Below the pieces are notes generated by a model. It searched no databases. It had not been told where the DNA came from and saw only the letters and a list, made by a program, of their open reading frames with translations. A stretch of 64,000 bases of DNA. Origin: Acidobacteriota bacterium. GTDB lineage: Bacteria; Acidobacteriota; Blastocatellia; UBA7656. Made by a program: the position numbers and the translations under genes. Within the stretch, counting starts at the first letter, position 1, and the number at the start of each line of letters is the position of its first letter. Location: the NCBI GenBank assembly GCA_016201275.1, contig JACQDB010000114.1, forward strand, positions 32,111-96,110. Reading direction: 5' to 3'. This document shows positions 10,795-20,492 of this stretch, piece by piece.

Positions 10795-10903
10795 TACTAG
10801 AGCGTGTCGCAGAAATGAATGTTTTGTCCAGATATTGTGTGTGATGGTTTAATCATCTACAACATATAGACGGTTGCTGGGATTCTGCGACACGCTCTAA
10901 CTA
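10795..10903. repeat. 17-20 bp inverted repeats (tagagcgtgtcgcagaa / ttctgcgacacgctcta) enclosing ~68 bp AT-rich spacer; MITE-like or structured RNA
   Basis: Arms are exact reverse complements over 17 nt. Confidence 0.7.
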
Positions 10904-10933
10904 TTCAGCTTGGTTGTGAGAGTCGAACTCTGG

Positions 10934-10998
10934 GCGGCGGTGCCGCTTTGAGGTGCGGAGAGTCCGAGGCTCTCCGCACCTCAAAGCGGCACCGCCGC
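10934..10998. repeat. ~29-bp-stem perfect palindrome (gcggcggtgccgctttgaggtgcggagag ... ctctccgcacctcaaagcggcaccgccgc)
   Basis: Read directly; exact reverse-complement arms with short loop. Confidence 0.9.
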
Positions 10999-11107
10999 AA
11001 GCCTTGGCCGGGTAGTTACTCTTTGTTAGGACTGAATCTGGAAGATGGCGAGCCGCAAAGAATTAAAACGGCGGCTGGCTCATTCGTGGCATGAATTTCA
11101 GGCTTGC

Positions 11108-11222
11108 CGCTTGACGAAACTTTCCCATAACTTTTATGTTGAGAAGTGATTCGCGTTGACGAATCTATCTCTGGCGTTACCGGACTTCAGCCCCCCGGAA
11201 CCTTTTGCCAGCAACGGCTGAG
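11108..11222 (+). repeat. 114-bp direct repeat copy 1 (promoter/leader-like, contains two cgnTTGACGAA motifs and a gattcg...cgaatc hairpin)
   Basis: Near-identical to 12215-12328 (1-2 mismatches over ~114 bp). Confidence 0.9.
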
Positions 11223-11279
11223 GCCATGAGCCAAGACCATAGTGGATGAGTTATTATGAAAGGCAACAGGAGAAGTCAA

Positions 11280-11708
11280 ATGTCACAAACCGTCACCCTG
11301 AATTTGCCGGATGATTTTTTTCAGCCGCTTCGCCGTGCAGCGGTGGCGACCAATCAAACCATAGAAGAGACGTTATTGACGGCGTTGCAGGCTTCGCTGC
11401 CATCGCTTGAGGGCTTGCCGGAAGAGCTGATCGAACAATTGATTGCGCTGGAATTGCTCGATGATGAATCACTCCGGCAGGTGATGATGGAGATAGTGCC
11501 GTCCGACCAACAGCAAAAAATTCATGAGTTGTTGGCACGCCATCAAGACCACAACTTATCGGATGAAGAGGGCGCAAGGCTGACGGAGTTGCAGCACCAA
11601 GCCGATCTGGTCATGCTTCGCAAAGCTCATGCAGCATCGCTGTTGCGTTTTCGTGGCAAGCGCCTGCCGACACTTGCCGAACTGCAACCCTCCACGGATA
11701 TTTCGTGA
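11280..11708 (+). CDS. hypothetical protein, possible ribbon-helix-helix-like small regulator/antitoxin candidate
   Basis: Strong AGGAGA SD before ATG 11280; N-terminus TVTLNLPDDFFQPLRRAA resembles RHH beta-strand + helix; stop overlaps start of HNH gene. Confidence 0.5.
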   Translation: MSQTVTLNLPDDFFQPLRRAAVATNQTIEETLLTALQASLPSLEGLPEELIEQLIALELLDDESLRQVMMEIVPSDQQQKIHELLARHQDHNLSDEEGARLTELQHQADLVMLRKAHAASLLRFRGKRLPTLAELQPSTDIS

Positions 11709-12142
11709 TGAAGCGTGCGCGTCGAAAAATTCCTGCGGCGCTGGAGCGAAAACTCCGCCAACAGGGACGCAATCGCTGCGGCTATTGTTTGTCGAGCGAA
11801 GTGCTGATCGGGATGCCTATGGAAATCGAGCATCTGCTTCCTGTGGCGTCCGGTGGGCAGAGCGTAGAAGCCAACTTATGGCTCTGTTGTCGGCGTTGTA
11901 ACGAATTCAAGGGCGCGCAGACGCAGGGCATTGATCCGCATACTTTGGATACGGTAGCGCTCTTTAATCCACGGGAGCAGGTATGGAGCGAACACTTCCA
12001 ATGGAGTGAAGACGGTACGGAAATCATTGGTCAAACGCCAAGCGGACGCGCCACTGTGATCGCTCTCAAATTGAACAACTCCATCATTGTCGTTACCCGC
12101 AGACAATGGGCCAGCGTAGGCTGGTTTCCTCCCACTGAATGA
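11708..12142 (+). CDS. HNH endonuclease family protein
   Basis: CGYC...EIEHLLPVASGG...NLWLCCRRCNEFK matches HNH motif (CxxC, His, Asn, CxxC); start overlaps upstream stop (TGATG). Confidence 0.8.
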   Translation: MKRARRKIPAALERKLRQQGRNRCGYCLSSEVLIGMPMEIEHLLPVASGGQSVEANLWLCCRRCNEFKGAQTQGIDPHTLDTVALFNPREQVWSEHFQWSEDGTEIIGQTPSGRATVIALKLNNSIIVVTRRQWASVGWFPPTE

Positions 12143-12214
12143 AGCGTAGTGATTGAGCGCTGGCGGAAGATCAGCCGACGGCTCAGGCATTGACGAAGCG
12201 CGTTTTAAGGTTTT

Positions 12215-12328
12215 CGCTTGACGAAACTTCCCATAACTTTTATGTTGAGAAGTGATTCGCGTTGACGAATCTATCTCTGGCGTTACCGGACTTCAGCCCC
12301 CCGGAACCTTTTGCCAGTAGCGGCTGAG
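12215..12328 (+). repeat. 114-bp direct repeat copy 2, immediately upstream of small Zn-ribbon ORF
   Basis: Matches 11108-11222. Confidence 0.9.
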
Positions 12329-12331
12329 TGA

Positions 12332-12622
12332 ATGTACAAATGTCAAATCTGTGGTAGCAACTCCGAACCCAACACTCCTGCACACAAAATCATCATCGCA
12401 GCCCGCAAAGCGACTTATCCGTTTCGCGCCAGAGCCAACGCCTGTTGGAAATGGATCAAAGAGCGGCGCAAATTTGTCCATACCGATGACCGAGGCGGGC
12501 AAGGTGTAGAGCGTGTGCGCGAAGTTCTCGCTTGCGCGGCGTGCGCGATGAAGTTCGCCAATTCCGCAAACGGCGACAACGCAAAAACTGATTTCCGCAA
12601 CGACGGCAAGCGTCGCCGCTGA
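12332..12622 (+). CDS. small C4 zinc-ribbon protein (hypothetical)
   Basis: 96-aa ORF with CQIC and CAAC pairs; preceded by repeat copy 2; weak support. Confidence 0.4.
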   Translation: MYKCQICGSNSEPNTPAHKIIIAARKATYPFRARANACWKWIKERRKFVHTDDRGGQGVERVREVLACAACAMKFANSANGDNAKTDFRNDGKRRR

Positions 12623-12738
12623 CGGGAATTCTAATTGACGTTCATCCGACGGGTTATGAAGCAACAGAGAGATCGTGCGCCGCCGCTTTGGGGGGAAGTT
12701 AGAACTTTTGGCGCGACAGAATGAATAGCAAGTCTGTA

Positions 12739-13818
12739 TTAGAGCGCTAAATGTGCCAAGTATATACCGATCTCTTCCAAACTAATGACCAGATCGGCTA
12801 GACCGGCATCAATCGCGGCTTTCGGCATACCAAAGACCACGGAACTAGCCTCGTCCTGAGCAATGCAAAATCCCCCTGCCTTTTTAAGGGCGCTCAATCC
12901 TTCGGTGCCATCGCTTCCCATACCTGTCAAAATGATGCCCACTGCAGCACCGCCAAAGCAGTGTCCTACCGAGTCAAATAAGAGATTGGCTGAAGGGCGA
13001 TGTCCTTTGACTGGTAAGGCATTCGACAAGAGGATTTTTCCATTCGCACTGAGCAATAAGTGACGATCATCCGGGGCAAAATAGATATTGCCGGGCACTG
13101 GTGTCTCACCATTTACGGCGGGAACCGCTTGGAGTGCGATCTCGGAGTTCAGCCAGTTAATCAATCCTTGGCCAAACCCTGTAGTGATATGCTGCACCAC
13201 AAGAATGGGGATGGGATACGAAGCGGACAACTTCTTAAAAACTTCTTTGAGAGCGACGGGGCCTCCGGTAGATGCCGCAATCGCTAGCATTCCTGGTGCG
13301 ACGCTATTCTTGAAACCCAATCGGGGTCTTTTTGACGGTTGTAGGGAAGGCAACTTGCGGGTTACTACTTTAACTCCTGCCATCAATTTGATGGTCTCGA
13401 TGATGCGCGATAAGGTCTCTTTACCATCTGGAGTGGTAATTGCTAGAGGTTTTTCCGCTACTTCGAGCGCGCCTGCCTGGATGGCTTCGAAACTGATGGC
13501 ACTGTCCGTGACCGCAGTGATAACGACAATAGGGGTGGGTGTAGATGCCATGATCCGGCGAATGGCTTCGATGCCGTCGAGTTTGGGCATCATGATATCC
13601 ATAGTGATGACATTGGGCTTTAATCGTGCCGCCATGGCAACGGCCTCTTCTCCATTGCGGGCAACAGCTCTTACCTCCAGATTACTATCCTCTTCGATAG
13701 CTCGGATTAATATTTGTTGTAGCGACTCCGAGTCCTCGACTATCAATACACCAATCTTTTTTCCGCTCACTATTGCGCTCCTTGATCCAAAGTCGCTGAC
13801 TCTATTTATCGTCGTCAA
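12739..13818 (-). CDS. cheB: chemotaxis response regulator protein-glutamate methylesterase CheB
   Basis: N-terminal receiver domain (VEDSESL..D) fused to C-terminal CheB methylesterase domain (GASTGGP..., catalytic Ser/His/Asp context). Confidence 0.9.
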   Translation of the reverse strand: MTTINRVSDFGSRSAIVSGKKIGVLIVEDSESLQQILIRAIEEDSNLEVRAVARNGEEAVAMAARLKPNVITMDIMMPKLDGIEAIRRIMASTPTPIVVITAVTDSAISFEAIQAGALEVAEKPLAITTPDGKETLSRIIETIKLMAGVKVVTRKLPSLQPSKRPRLGFKNSVAPGMLAIAASTGGPVALKEVFKKLSASYPIPILVVQHITTGFGQGLINWLNSEIALQAVPAVNGETPVPGNIYFAPDDRHLLLSANGKILLSNALPVKGHRPSANLLFDSVGHCFGGAAVGIILTGMGSDGTEGLSALKKAGGFCIAQDEASSVVFGMPKAAIDAGLADLVISLEEIGIYLAHLAL

Positions 13819-13845
13819 AAATTAGAATTGTCGCTCATTATCTTG

Positions 13846-16158
13846 CTAGGCCGCGATCATACTTTCCACCAACTCCAGGAAATGCGCCTGCTCGAACTGG
13901 CTTTTTACCATATAGACATCGGCACCCGCTTCCGCGCCTTGCACCTTGTCTTGTTGCGAGTCTCGTGAACTAACCAGAATCACTGGCAAGCGCTTTAACC
14001 GCGCATCGCTCTTGATCCGCTTGGTAAGCTCAAAGCCATTGAGTTGCGGCATCTCAATATCACTGATAACCAGATCACAACCGGAGGTATGTGCCAGTGC
14101 CAGCCCTTCAGCGCCATCTTTGGCTAAGATGACTTCATAGCCTGCTATCTCTAAAATATTTTTCTCAAGCGTTCTGGTCGTAATCGAGTCATCAACGACC
14201 AAGATTTTCCGCTTTGAGCTTCTTCGCTCTTCTTGCTTGGGCGGCGTAATCGCTATTTGGTTCTTGCTGCCATGTACGGTACGCAGCAAGTCCGCAGGGT
14301 TGAGCAAAAGGATCACGCTGCCATCACCGAGAACGCCGCCGCCTGCAATGTTGTTCACCTTTTTCAGTTGCTTGCCCAGTGATTGAATGACCATTTCCTG
14401 CTCGCCCAAAATCTCAGTAACAATGAAAGCTGCACGCTCTCCACTATGCGAAACGATCAACACGGTCCAGTTGGCAGTTTCGGCCTGCCTGCTCTCCTCC
14501 AGTCCTAATAAGGCATCAAGCGCAATTAAGGAGATCGAGCGAGAATCGAAAGAGATAGCCATTCGTGATTCCACTGTATAAGTGTCTTTCGGGTTTATCC
14601 GCACCGCTCGGTCTATAGATGAAACGGGCAGCGCGACGATCTGACTGCCACTCTTGACCAGCAATACGTGCAGGGTCGAGAGTGTGAGCGGCAAGGTGAT
14701 GCGGAACAGGGCACCCGCATCCTCCTTGGTCGTGACCTCAATCTGCCCTCGTACCCGTTCAATATTGACTTTAACAATATCTAGTCCCATACCGCGCCCG
14801 GAAGTTTCCGTCGCCTTAGTCCGCGTCGAGAACCCCGGACGGAAAATCAGGGAAAGCAGTTCCGCCTGCGTGAAGGTCTTCAGTTCCGGCTCTGTAAATA
14901 GCCCCAGTGCGCGGGCTCTATCTTTAACGCCATCCAGGTTAATGCCTCCTCCATCATCGGCAATTTCAATAACTATCTGATTGCCTCGCTGTTCCGCCAT
15001 CAACTTGATGGTGCCTTCGGGATTTTTACCGAGCTGTTGGCGAGTTTCCGGCGGTTCTAAGCCGTGATCAATGCTGTTGCGAATAAGATGGACTAAAGGA
15101 TCGCGTATCGCTTCGAGCAATTGTCGATCAAGTTCGGTCTCTTCACCACTAAATTCTACGGCCACCTTTTTGTCATGCTTGCGAGCTAGGTCGCGCGCCT
15201 GACGCCGCAAGGGGTCAAACAGGGTGCGTAGCGGTAGCATTCGCAACCCTTGGATTTCCTGCTGTAGGGCAGCAACCGATAGCCCAAGATGCAGTTCATC
15301 GTTGGCAGAATTTTTGGTTAGTAACTGAGATAGCCGGTTGATATTCCGGAGCCGCAACTGGTGGGTATCCAGGCTGTCAAGCAGACGCTGCACCGCTTTA
15401 CCCTCTACGGACTTTGATAATTTGCGGCGCAACGGTCGCAAGCGCGACCAATCCTTTAATGCTAGTTCTACTTCTGCGCCGATTTGCTCTAGCTCGTTGA
15501 GCCTCTGTTCATAGCGGTTCTTTGAGATAAGCAACTCGCCTATATCCGACATCAAGCGGTCTATCTTTACGATGGGAATACGTATGGAATCGCTCTGACT
15601 ACTGGCAAGCGCTTCGCCAGATATGGTGGTGGGCAGAGGGGAGTCGTCCTTGACACCAAGATGACTCGCCGCCATCATCTCAACAGGACTAGGGGCTTGG
15701 AGGGACAAATTTTCAGTGATACAAGGGCTTTCTGAATCCGCGTCCACCGGTTCGCCGGGCGTACTTTCGAGTAGCTGATAGACTCTTTGTTCAAACTCAA
15801 CATCAACCAAAGCGGGTAGTTCCAGTTCGCGAAGTTCTGCTTCCAACAACTCGCTCATCGTATCCAGTCCTTCATAGCACAGATCGAAGGCCGCTGGACT
15901 AAAGATATATTCCCGGCGTCGGGCTGCGCCAAACAGATGTTCCAGACTATGCGCGATCTTCTGGATCATCGCCAACCCGATGGCACTGGCTGCGCCTTTT
16001 AAATTATGTACGCTGCGAAAAACCTCGTGCAAGACTTCCTCTTGCATTCCGGTGCGCTCCAGTTCGATTAAATCCCGATTGATTAGCGCCAGATGCTCTT
16101 CCAGTTCGCTCTTAAAAGTAATCAGCAAGTGCAACGGCAGTTCATCATCTAATGGCAT
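13846..16158 (-). CDS. cheA: CheA-type histidine kinase fused to C-terminal receiver domain (FrzE/WspE-like)
   Basis: HPt motif HNLKGAASAIGL, HATPase_c (DDGGGI, GRGMGLD), CheW-like domain, C-terminal REC (ILVVDDS...D). Confidence 0.9.
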   Translation of the reverse strand: MPLDDELPLHLLITFKSELEEHLALINRDLIELERTGMQEEVLHEVFRSVHNLKGAASAIGLAMIQKIAHSLEHLFGAARRREYIFSPAAFDLCYEGLDTMSELLEAELRELELPALVDVEFEQRVYQLLESTPGEPVDADSESPCITENLSLQAPSPVEMMAASHLGVKDDSPLPTTISGEALASSQSDSIRIPIVKIDRLMSDIGELLISKNRYEQRLNELEQIGAEVELALKDWSRLRPLRRKLSKSVEGKAVQRLLDSLDTHQLRLRNINRLSQLLTKNSANDELHLGLSVAALQQEIQGLRMLPLRTLFDPLRRQARDLARKHDKKVAVEFSGEETELDRQLLEAIRDPLVHLIRNSIDHGLEPPETRQQLGKNPEGTIKLMAEQRGNQIVIEIADDGGGINLDGVKDRARALGLFTEPELKTFTQAELLSLIFRPGFSTRTKATETSGRGMGLDIVKVNIERVRGQIEVTTKEDAGALFRITLPLTLSTLHVLLVKSGSQIVALPVSSIDRAVRINPKDTYTVESRMAISFDSRSISLIALDALLGLEESRQAETANWTVLIVSHSGERAAFIVTEILGEQEMVIQSLGKQLKKVNNIAGGGVLGDGSVILLLNPADLLRTVHGSKNQIAITPPKQEERRSSKRKILVVDDSITTRTLEKNILEIAGYEVILAKDGAEGLALAHTSGCDLVISDIEMPQLNGFELTKRIKSDARLKRLPVILVSSRDSQQDKVQGAEAGADVYMVKSQFEQAHFLELVESMIAA

Positions 16159-16180
16159 AGCGACTCCTCACGAGTAACGA

Positions 16181-17812
16181 TTAATTTAGACGATAGCGCT
16201 GAATAATAGCGCTGATGACTTTGGCGAGTTGGGTCAAATTCTCGGCGGTCGTTGCTACTTGTCTGGTGCCGGAGACATTATCATTTGCGCCCTGGTTGAT
16301 ATTCTTCATGGCTACGGCAATCTGCTCAATGCCGGTTACCTGCTGATTCGTAGCGGAAGCGATTTGTCTAGCGGCATTCGAGGCTTCGGTAATGGCTTCC
16401 GACAGATGGCGGACATTGATGCCGACCTGATGCACTTGACTGACGCCTGATTCAACGCGCTTGCCGCCTTCTTCTGTAACCATAACTGCGGTGTTGGTAG
16501 CCTTCTGTATTTCACTTAAAATGGCGCGCACCTGTGCGGTCGCCTGCTTCGATTGAGCGGCCAGATTTTTTACTTCTACTGCTACAACGCCAAACCCTTT
16601 ACCGACCTCTCCAGCTTTGGTGGCTTCAATCGTGGCATTCACGGCAAGCAGGTTTGATTGCTCGGCAATATCATTTACCGAGGCCGTAATCTCGCCGATT
16701 TGTGCGGCTTTTTCACTCAGGTCGAGAATATTTTCTGCTATCGCTTCGACCTGCTCCTTGATTTTTGCCATGGCTTCTACGGCTTGCTCAAGAGCTTGCT
16801 GACTGGTTTTAGAGACTTCAAGCGAGCGATTCGAGCCGTCCACCACGGACTTGGCTTTTTCACTGGCTTGATTGACAATCGCTTTGATTTCATCAAGCGT
16901 AGTTGAGGTTTCTTGAATGGAGCTGGCTTGTTCGGAAGCGGTAGCCTGCTGCTGTGAGGTGGCGGCAACCAGTTCATTAGCAGAAGAACTGAGGGTCTGT
17001 ACCCCCGCAGACAACTCTTGAATCATTACGCGCACACCATCAATCATCTTCTTGGCGGAGCCTAAGAGGATGCCGATCTCATCTCGTCGCGTTACATTGG
17101 GAATCTCATGATTCAAATCACCTTGTGCGACTTTCTCGACGATCTGGGAAACCTGACGAATAGGTGTAGCGATACTGCGGCTTAAGAAAATGCCAAGACC
17201 GAGTGCCACCAATATCGCAGTTATTATCATGCCATAAATGAACGAGCGCTTGCTGTTGTATATCGCTTGGGCTTCAATAGTTTCTTGAGCGATTCTTTCT
17301 TCTTTTAATTTCACCAGTTCATCCAATCGCACATCAAGTTCATCCGCCATAATGCGGGCTTCTTTCAGTGTGGCGCGTGCTTCTGCGTCTTTTCGCGCTC
17401 TAGCTAATTGCATGATGAGGTTTTGCTTCTGTCGCAAGTCCTTAAACAACTTCTCAGTTTCAGCGGCTTTCTCTTTCACTTCCATTTGGATGATTGATTT
17501 CTTATAAAGTTCAAAGGCTCTGAAAAACCGTTCCTCGTAAGCTTTGGCGTTGGCGATGCGCCTATCTATATCGGTCTCATTTTCATCCAGAATCGCATTC
17601 GCAACGCCTCGCGAGAGGCGCATCATTTCGGTATGCGCCTCGCCCAGTTTGGCGATGCCGACGGTCTGGCGATCTTTGAAATCGTTAAGGATGTCATAGA
17701 TCGTTTCCATTCCACTTTTTGCCTGATAGCCGACAAACCCCACCAGCATAGCCATAAAGAGAAATACCAGCATCAATTTTGTTCCTATCGTGCGATCTTC
17801 AAACCATTTCAT
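16181..17812 (-). CDS. methyl-accepting chemotaxis protein with two TM helices and HAMP domain
   Basis: N-terminal TM, second TM + HAMP (PIRQVSQIVEKVAQGDL), highly conserved MCP signalling domain (LLAVNATIEATKAGE.GKGFGVVAVEVKNLA). Confidence 0.9.
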   Translation of the reverse strand: MKWFEDRTIGTKLMLVFLFMAMLVGFVGYQAKSGMETIYDILNDFKDRQTVGIAKLGEAHTEMMRLSRGVANAILDENETDIDRRIANAKAYEERFFRAFELYKKSIIQMEVKEKAAETEKLFKDLRQKQNLIMQLARARKDAEARATLKEARIMADELDVRLDELVKLKEERIAQETIEAQAIYNSKRSFIYGMIITAILVALGLGIFLSRSIATPIRQVSQIVEKVAQGDLNHEIPNVTRRDEIGILLGSAKKMIDGVRVMIQELSAGVQTLSSSANELVAATSQQQATASEQASSIQETSTTLDEIKAIVNQASEKAKSVVDGSNRSLEVSKTSQQALEQAVEAMAKIKEQVEAIAENILDLSEKAAQIGEITASVNDIAEQSNLLAVNATIEATKAGEVGKGFGVVAVEVKNLAAQSKQATAQVRAILSEIQKATNTAVMVTEEGGKRVESGVSQVHQVGINVRHLSEAITEASNAARQIASATNQQVTGIEQIAVAMKNINQGANDNVSGTRQVATTAENLTQLAKVISAIIQRYRLN

Positions 17813-17845
17813 AAGGGTCTCCTCCTCCGCTGAAGTTTTGGGTCC

Positions 17846-18451
17846 TTAACCTTGATCAACCATCAGGTGCTGGGCGCAAAGCAATTCCTGAAGGTTAAGC
17901 AGCGCAATACCGGCGGCGGTGACACCGAGTAAATATTGTGCCTGTTCTCCCGATAGTTGCGAGGGCAACGACTGGATAGCACTGGGCGCTAATTTCGTGA
18001 TCTCAACAATGCAATCTACAGCAAAACCCAGGCTGAGGTGTGGCGCGTCAATGAAGACGATGGTTTGACGGGAATGGTGTTGCGTCAGCCCCAGAAATTT
18101 CGCCAGATCAATAACTGAGACAATTTCCATTCGTCGGCTGATCACTCCCAGAACAAAATCCGGCACTCCAGGTATCCGGGTTAGGTGTGTTCGCTGGATC
18201 ACCTCTGAGAAATACTGCGTCTCAAGTGCATAGCGCTCTTGCTCCAATTCAAAAACTAATACCTCAAGGCTCTGTTCAAGCTGGTCATTCTTTGCGGTTT
18301 TTGCCAGTTGTTCAGCGCGCTTGGCAAGAAGCGCCTCTAGGCCATCGCCATCAACTTCGGCGTTCTCATCAAGTAAAAGCCCCGCCATTTTTTGCCGCAG
18401 CACGTCCCAACCAATAAAAGGTTTATGCCCCTGCTCTCTTCGCTGTCTCAT
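17846..18451 (-). CDS. CheW-like coupling protein (FrzB/WspB-like)
   Basis: CheW domain similarity in C-terminal half; 4-bp overlap with cheR stop. Confidence 0.7.
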   Translation of the reverse strand: MRQRREQGHKPFIGWDVLRQKMAGLLLDENAEVDGDGLEALLAKRAEQLAKTAKNDQLEQSLEVLVFELEQERYALETQYFSEVIQRTHLTRIPGVPDFVLGVISRRMEIVSVIDLAKFLGLTQHHSRQTIVFIDAPHLSLGFAVDCIVEITKLAPSAIQSLPSQLSGEQAQYLLGVTAAGIALLNLQELLCAQHLMVDQG

Positions 18452-19884
18452 TCGGATACTCCTTGCAGGATTTGAGTCGTAACACTCAATAACCTTGCTG
18501 CCGTTTGACCTTCAGAATGGGCTACCTCGCTATCTCCTGGCAAAGCGGTCAGCAGTTTTTTAACCCGCGTCAGATGGAGACGTGCAGACCTTTGCTCCCC
18601 AAGTTTTCTATAGAGCAAGCCGAGACTCCAATGTCCCATCACAAAACTACTATCAAGAAAAAGAGCGCGGCGCAGCGCCTCGACGGCTGCCTCAAGCTTA
18701 CCTTCGGCCTGACAAATGAGCGCCAATAAATAATATCCTTCGATTTGATCCGGCGTTTGATTGATATAGTCTTGGCAACACTGTCTAGCTTGGGCATATT
18801 CGCCACTATCCGCCTTGAGCTTTGCCAGTAGGTAAAGGGCGTGCGCCTCTTCAGGCGCTGTTGCCGTGAGCAATTGCTCCGCTTTCGGCAGATCCGCTTC
18901 TGCTTCTGCAGCAGTCACTTTTGCGTTGACTGGTTCATCAGCCGACAGCGTTGACTTAGCTGACCACGGTGATTCCGGCTGTGATGCAAAAGGGCTGCTT
19001 TCGGTAAAGAGTTGAAAGACTGGTGGCTCAAGAACCGCTTGGCTGCTCAGTTTATCATTCTTGCGATAGAAGACGGTATCAGGAAAATTGACGATTTCAT
19101 ATTGGTGGAAATATTGCTGCGATAGCTCGCTTGCGCCGACGATCAGCCATCCGCCATCTCGTAGCGCGCTAAAGCAACGTGATGCTATTTTGGTTATCAA
19201 GCCGGGAGAGAAATAGATTTTGACATTGCGGCAGAGAATTAAATCCAGTTCACAAAAAGGCAAATCCTGAGCAAGATTCAAATGCTGGAATCGCACCATA
19301 CGCCGTATCTCATCCGCAAGTTGGTAACGCTCTCCGATGAGCTTAAAGTAACGCTCGCGTATGAAAGGCTCAACGCCACGAAAGGACCATTTGCTATAGC
19401 TTGCTTGTGTGGCTCTGGCCAGGGCTGCGGCGTTAATATCGCCACCAATCAAATTGATTTTCCAGCCTAGGCGATCCAACAACATTTCGTGCAAGAGGAT
19501 GGCAAGAGAGTACGGCTCTTCCCCGCTTGAGCAACCGGCACTCAAGATGGTTAAGCTTTTGCTGCGTTGATTTTCCCTAATCAACTCTGGCAATACTACT
19601 TCTCGCAAGGTTTTGAATTGCGCTGCATCACGAAAAAAGAAGGTCTCGCCGATGGTCACTCGCTCTAACAAGGTTTGAAAACATGGGTCGGCAGGTTGCG
19701 CCGTTGCCAGCGAATCGAAAAAGTGTTCAAAGTTATGGTAGTCATACCCTGTAAGTATCTCTTCGATAGCACCGCACGTTTGGTCAAAGCGATCCTCCCG
19801 GGTCACAATGCCGATACGGTCTTCGACTAGGTTGCATAGTCTTTTCGCCTGAGCAAACGTAACGATAGCTTGACGCTCTTTCAC
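18448..19884 (-). CDS. cheR: chemotaxis protein methyltransferase CheR with C-terminal TPR repeats (FrzF/WspC-like)
   Basis: SAM-binding CheR core (SAGCSSGEEPYSLAILL), C-terminal TPR-like helical repeats. Confidence 0.85.
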   Translation of the reverse strand: MKERQAIVTFAQAKRLCNLVEDRIGIVTREDRFDQTCGAIEEILTGYDYHNFEHFFDSLATAQPADPCFQTLLERVTIGETFFFRDAAQFKTLREVVLPELIRENQRSKSLTILSAGCSSGEEPYSLAILLHEMLLDRLGWKINLIGGDINAAALARATQASYSKWSFRGVEPFIRERYFKLIGERYQLADEIRRMVRFQHLNLAQDLPFCELDLILCRNVKIYFSPGLITKIASRCFSALRDGGWLIVGASELSQQYFHQYEIVNFPDTVFYRKNDKLSSQAVLEPPVFQLFTESSPFASQPESPWSAKSTLSADEPVNAKVTAAEAEADLPKAEQLLTATAPEEAHALYLLAKLKADSGEYAQARQCCQDYINQTPDQIEGYYLLALICQAEGKLEAAVEALRRALFLDSSFVMGHWSLGLLYRKLGEQRSARLHLTRVKKLLTALPGDSEVAHSEGQTAARLLSVTTQILQGVSE

Positions 19885-20465
19885 TCGCCCTCCCTCTCTT
19901 CTGAAGCAATGATCTTTTCGAGGTATTGTTCTTCCTCAAATCGCAACAGTCTGGTGTGATCGAGTACCGTTATCAAGCCATTCTGCTGACGTACTAGAGC
20001 CAGAATGAATTCAATGCCGGGCATTATCCCTTCAGGCTCTTCGAGATCATTTTCGGTCACAGTTATTACTTCCGTAATGGCGTCGGCTATCAGGGCGCGA
20101 GTGTGATTCTCAGATTCCAGCAGGATTATCGGGGTATTTGCGTGATAAGGTTTGGGCGGCAAACCAAGCAAAAGTCTTAGATCCATGACGGGGGCAATAC
20201 AACCACGCAAATTGAGCAGACCCACGACCATCGGCGGTGCTCCGGCTAAGGGCGTGAGTTTCACCATGCGGATGACCTCTAAAATGACCGGTAGATAAAG
20301 GGCAAATTGCTGCTCTTGCAATTGGAGGCAAACCAGACGCAGATGGCCTGTTGGCAATTGAAACTTGCGGCGCTGGGGCTGAACCTGTTTTCGCAGTTCT
20401 CTCAACTGCTCTTCAAGCACTGCCAGTTTGCCCTTCAGTTCTGAATAATTCCACATCTCTCGCAT
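19881..20465 (-). CDS. cheW: CheW coupling protein
   Basis: CheW domain (GLLNLRG..APVMDLR); 4-bp overlap with cheR start. Confidence 0.8.
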   Translation of the reverse strand: MREMWNYSELKGKLAVLEEQLRELRKQVQPQRRKFQLPTGHLRLVCLQLQEQQFALYLPVILEVIRMVKLTPLAGAPPMVVGLLNLRGCIAPVMDLRLLLGLPPKPYHANTPIILLESENHTRALIADAITEVITVTENDLEEPEGIMPGIEFILALVRQQNGLITVLDHTRLLRFEEEQYLEKIIASEEREGE

Positions 20466-20492
20466 TGTTCACCCTATCCATCTGCCAATTGT

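Noticed and set aside
10440-11100. tmRNA / RNase P / SRP RNA in the long rho-downstream spacer
   Set aside because: I could not find the conserved tRNA-like T-arm (GGTTCGAATCC) or the RNase P/SRP signature boxes by eye. A structured element may still be present, but I cannot assign a family.
13088-13825. 245-aa plus-strand ORF
   Set aside because: Antisense to cheB. Spurious.
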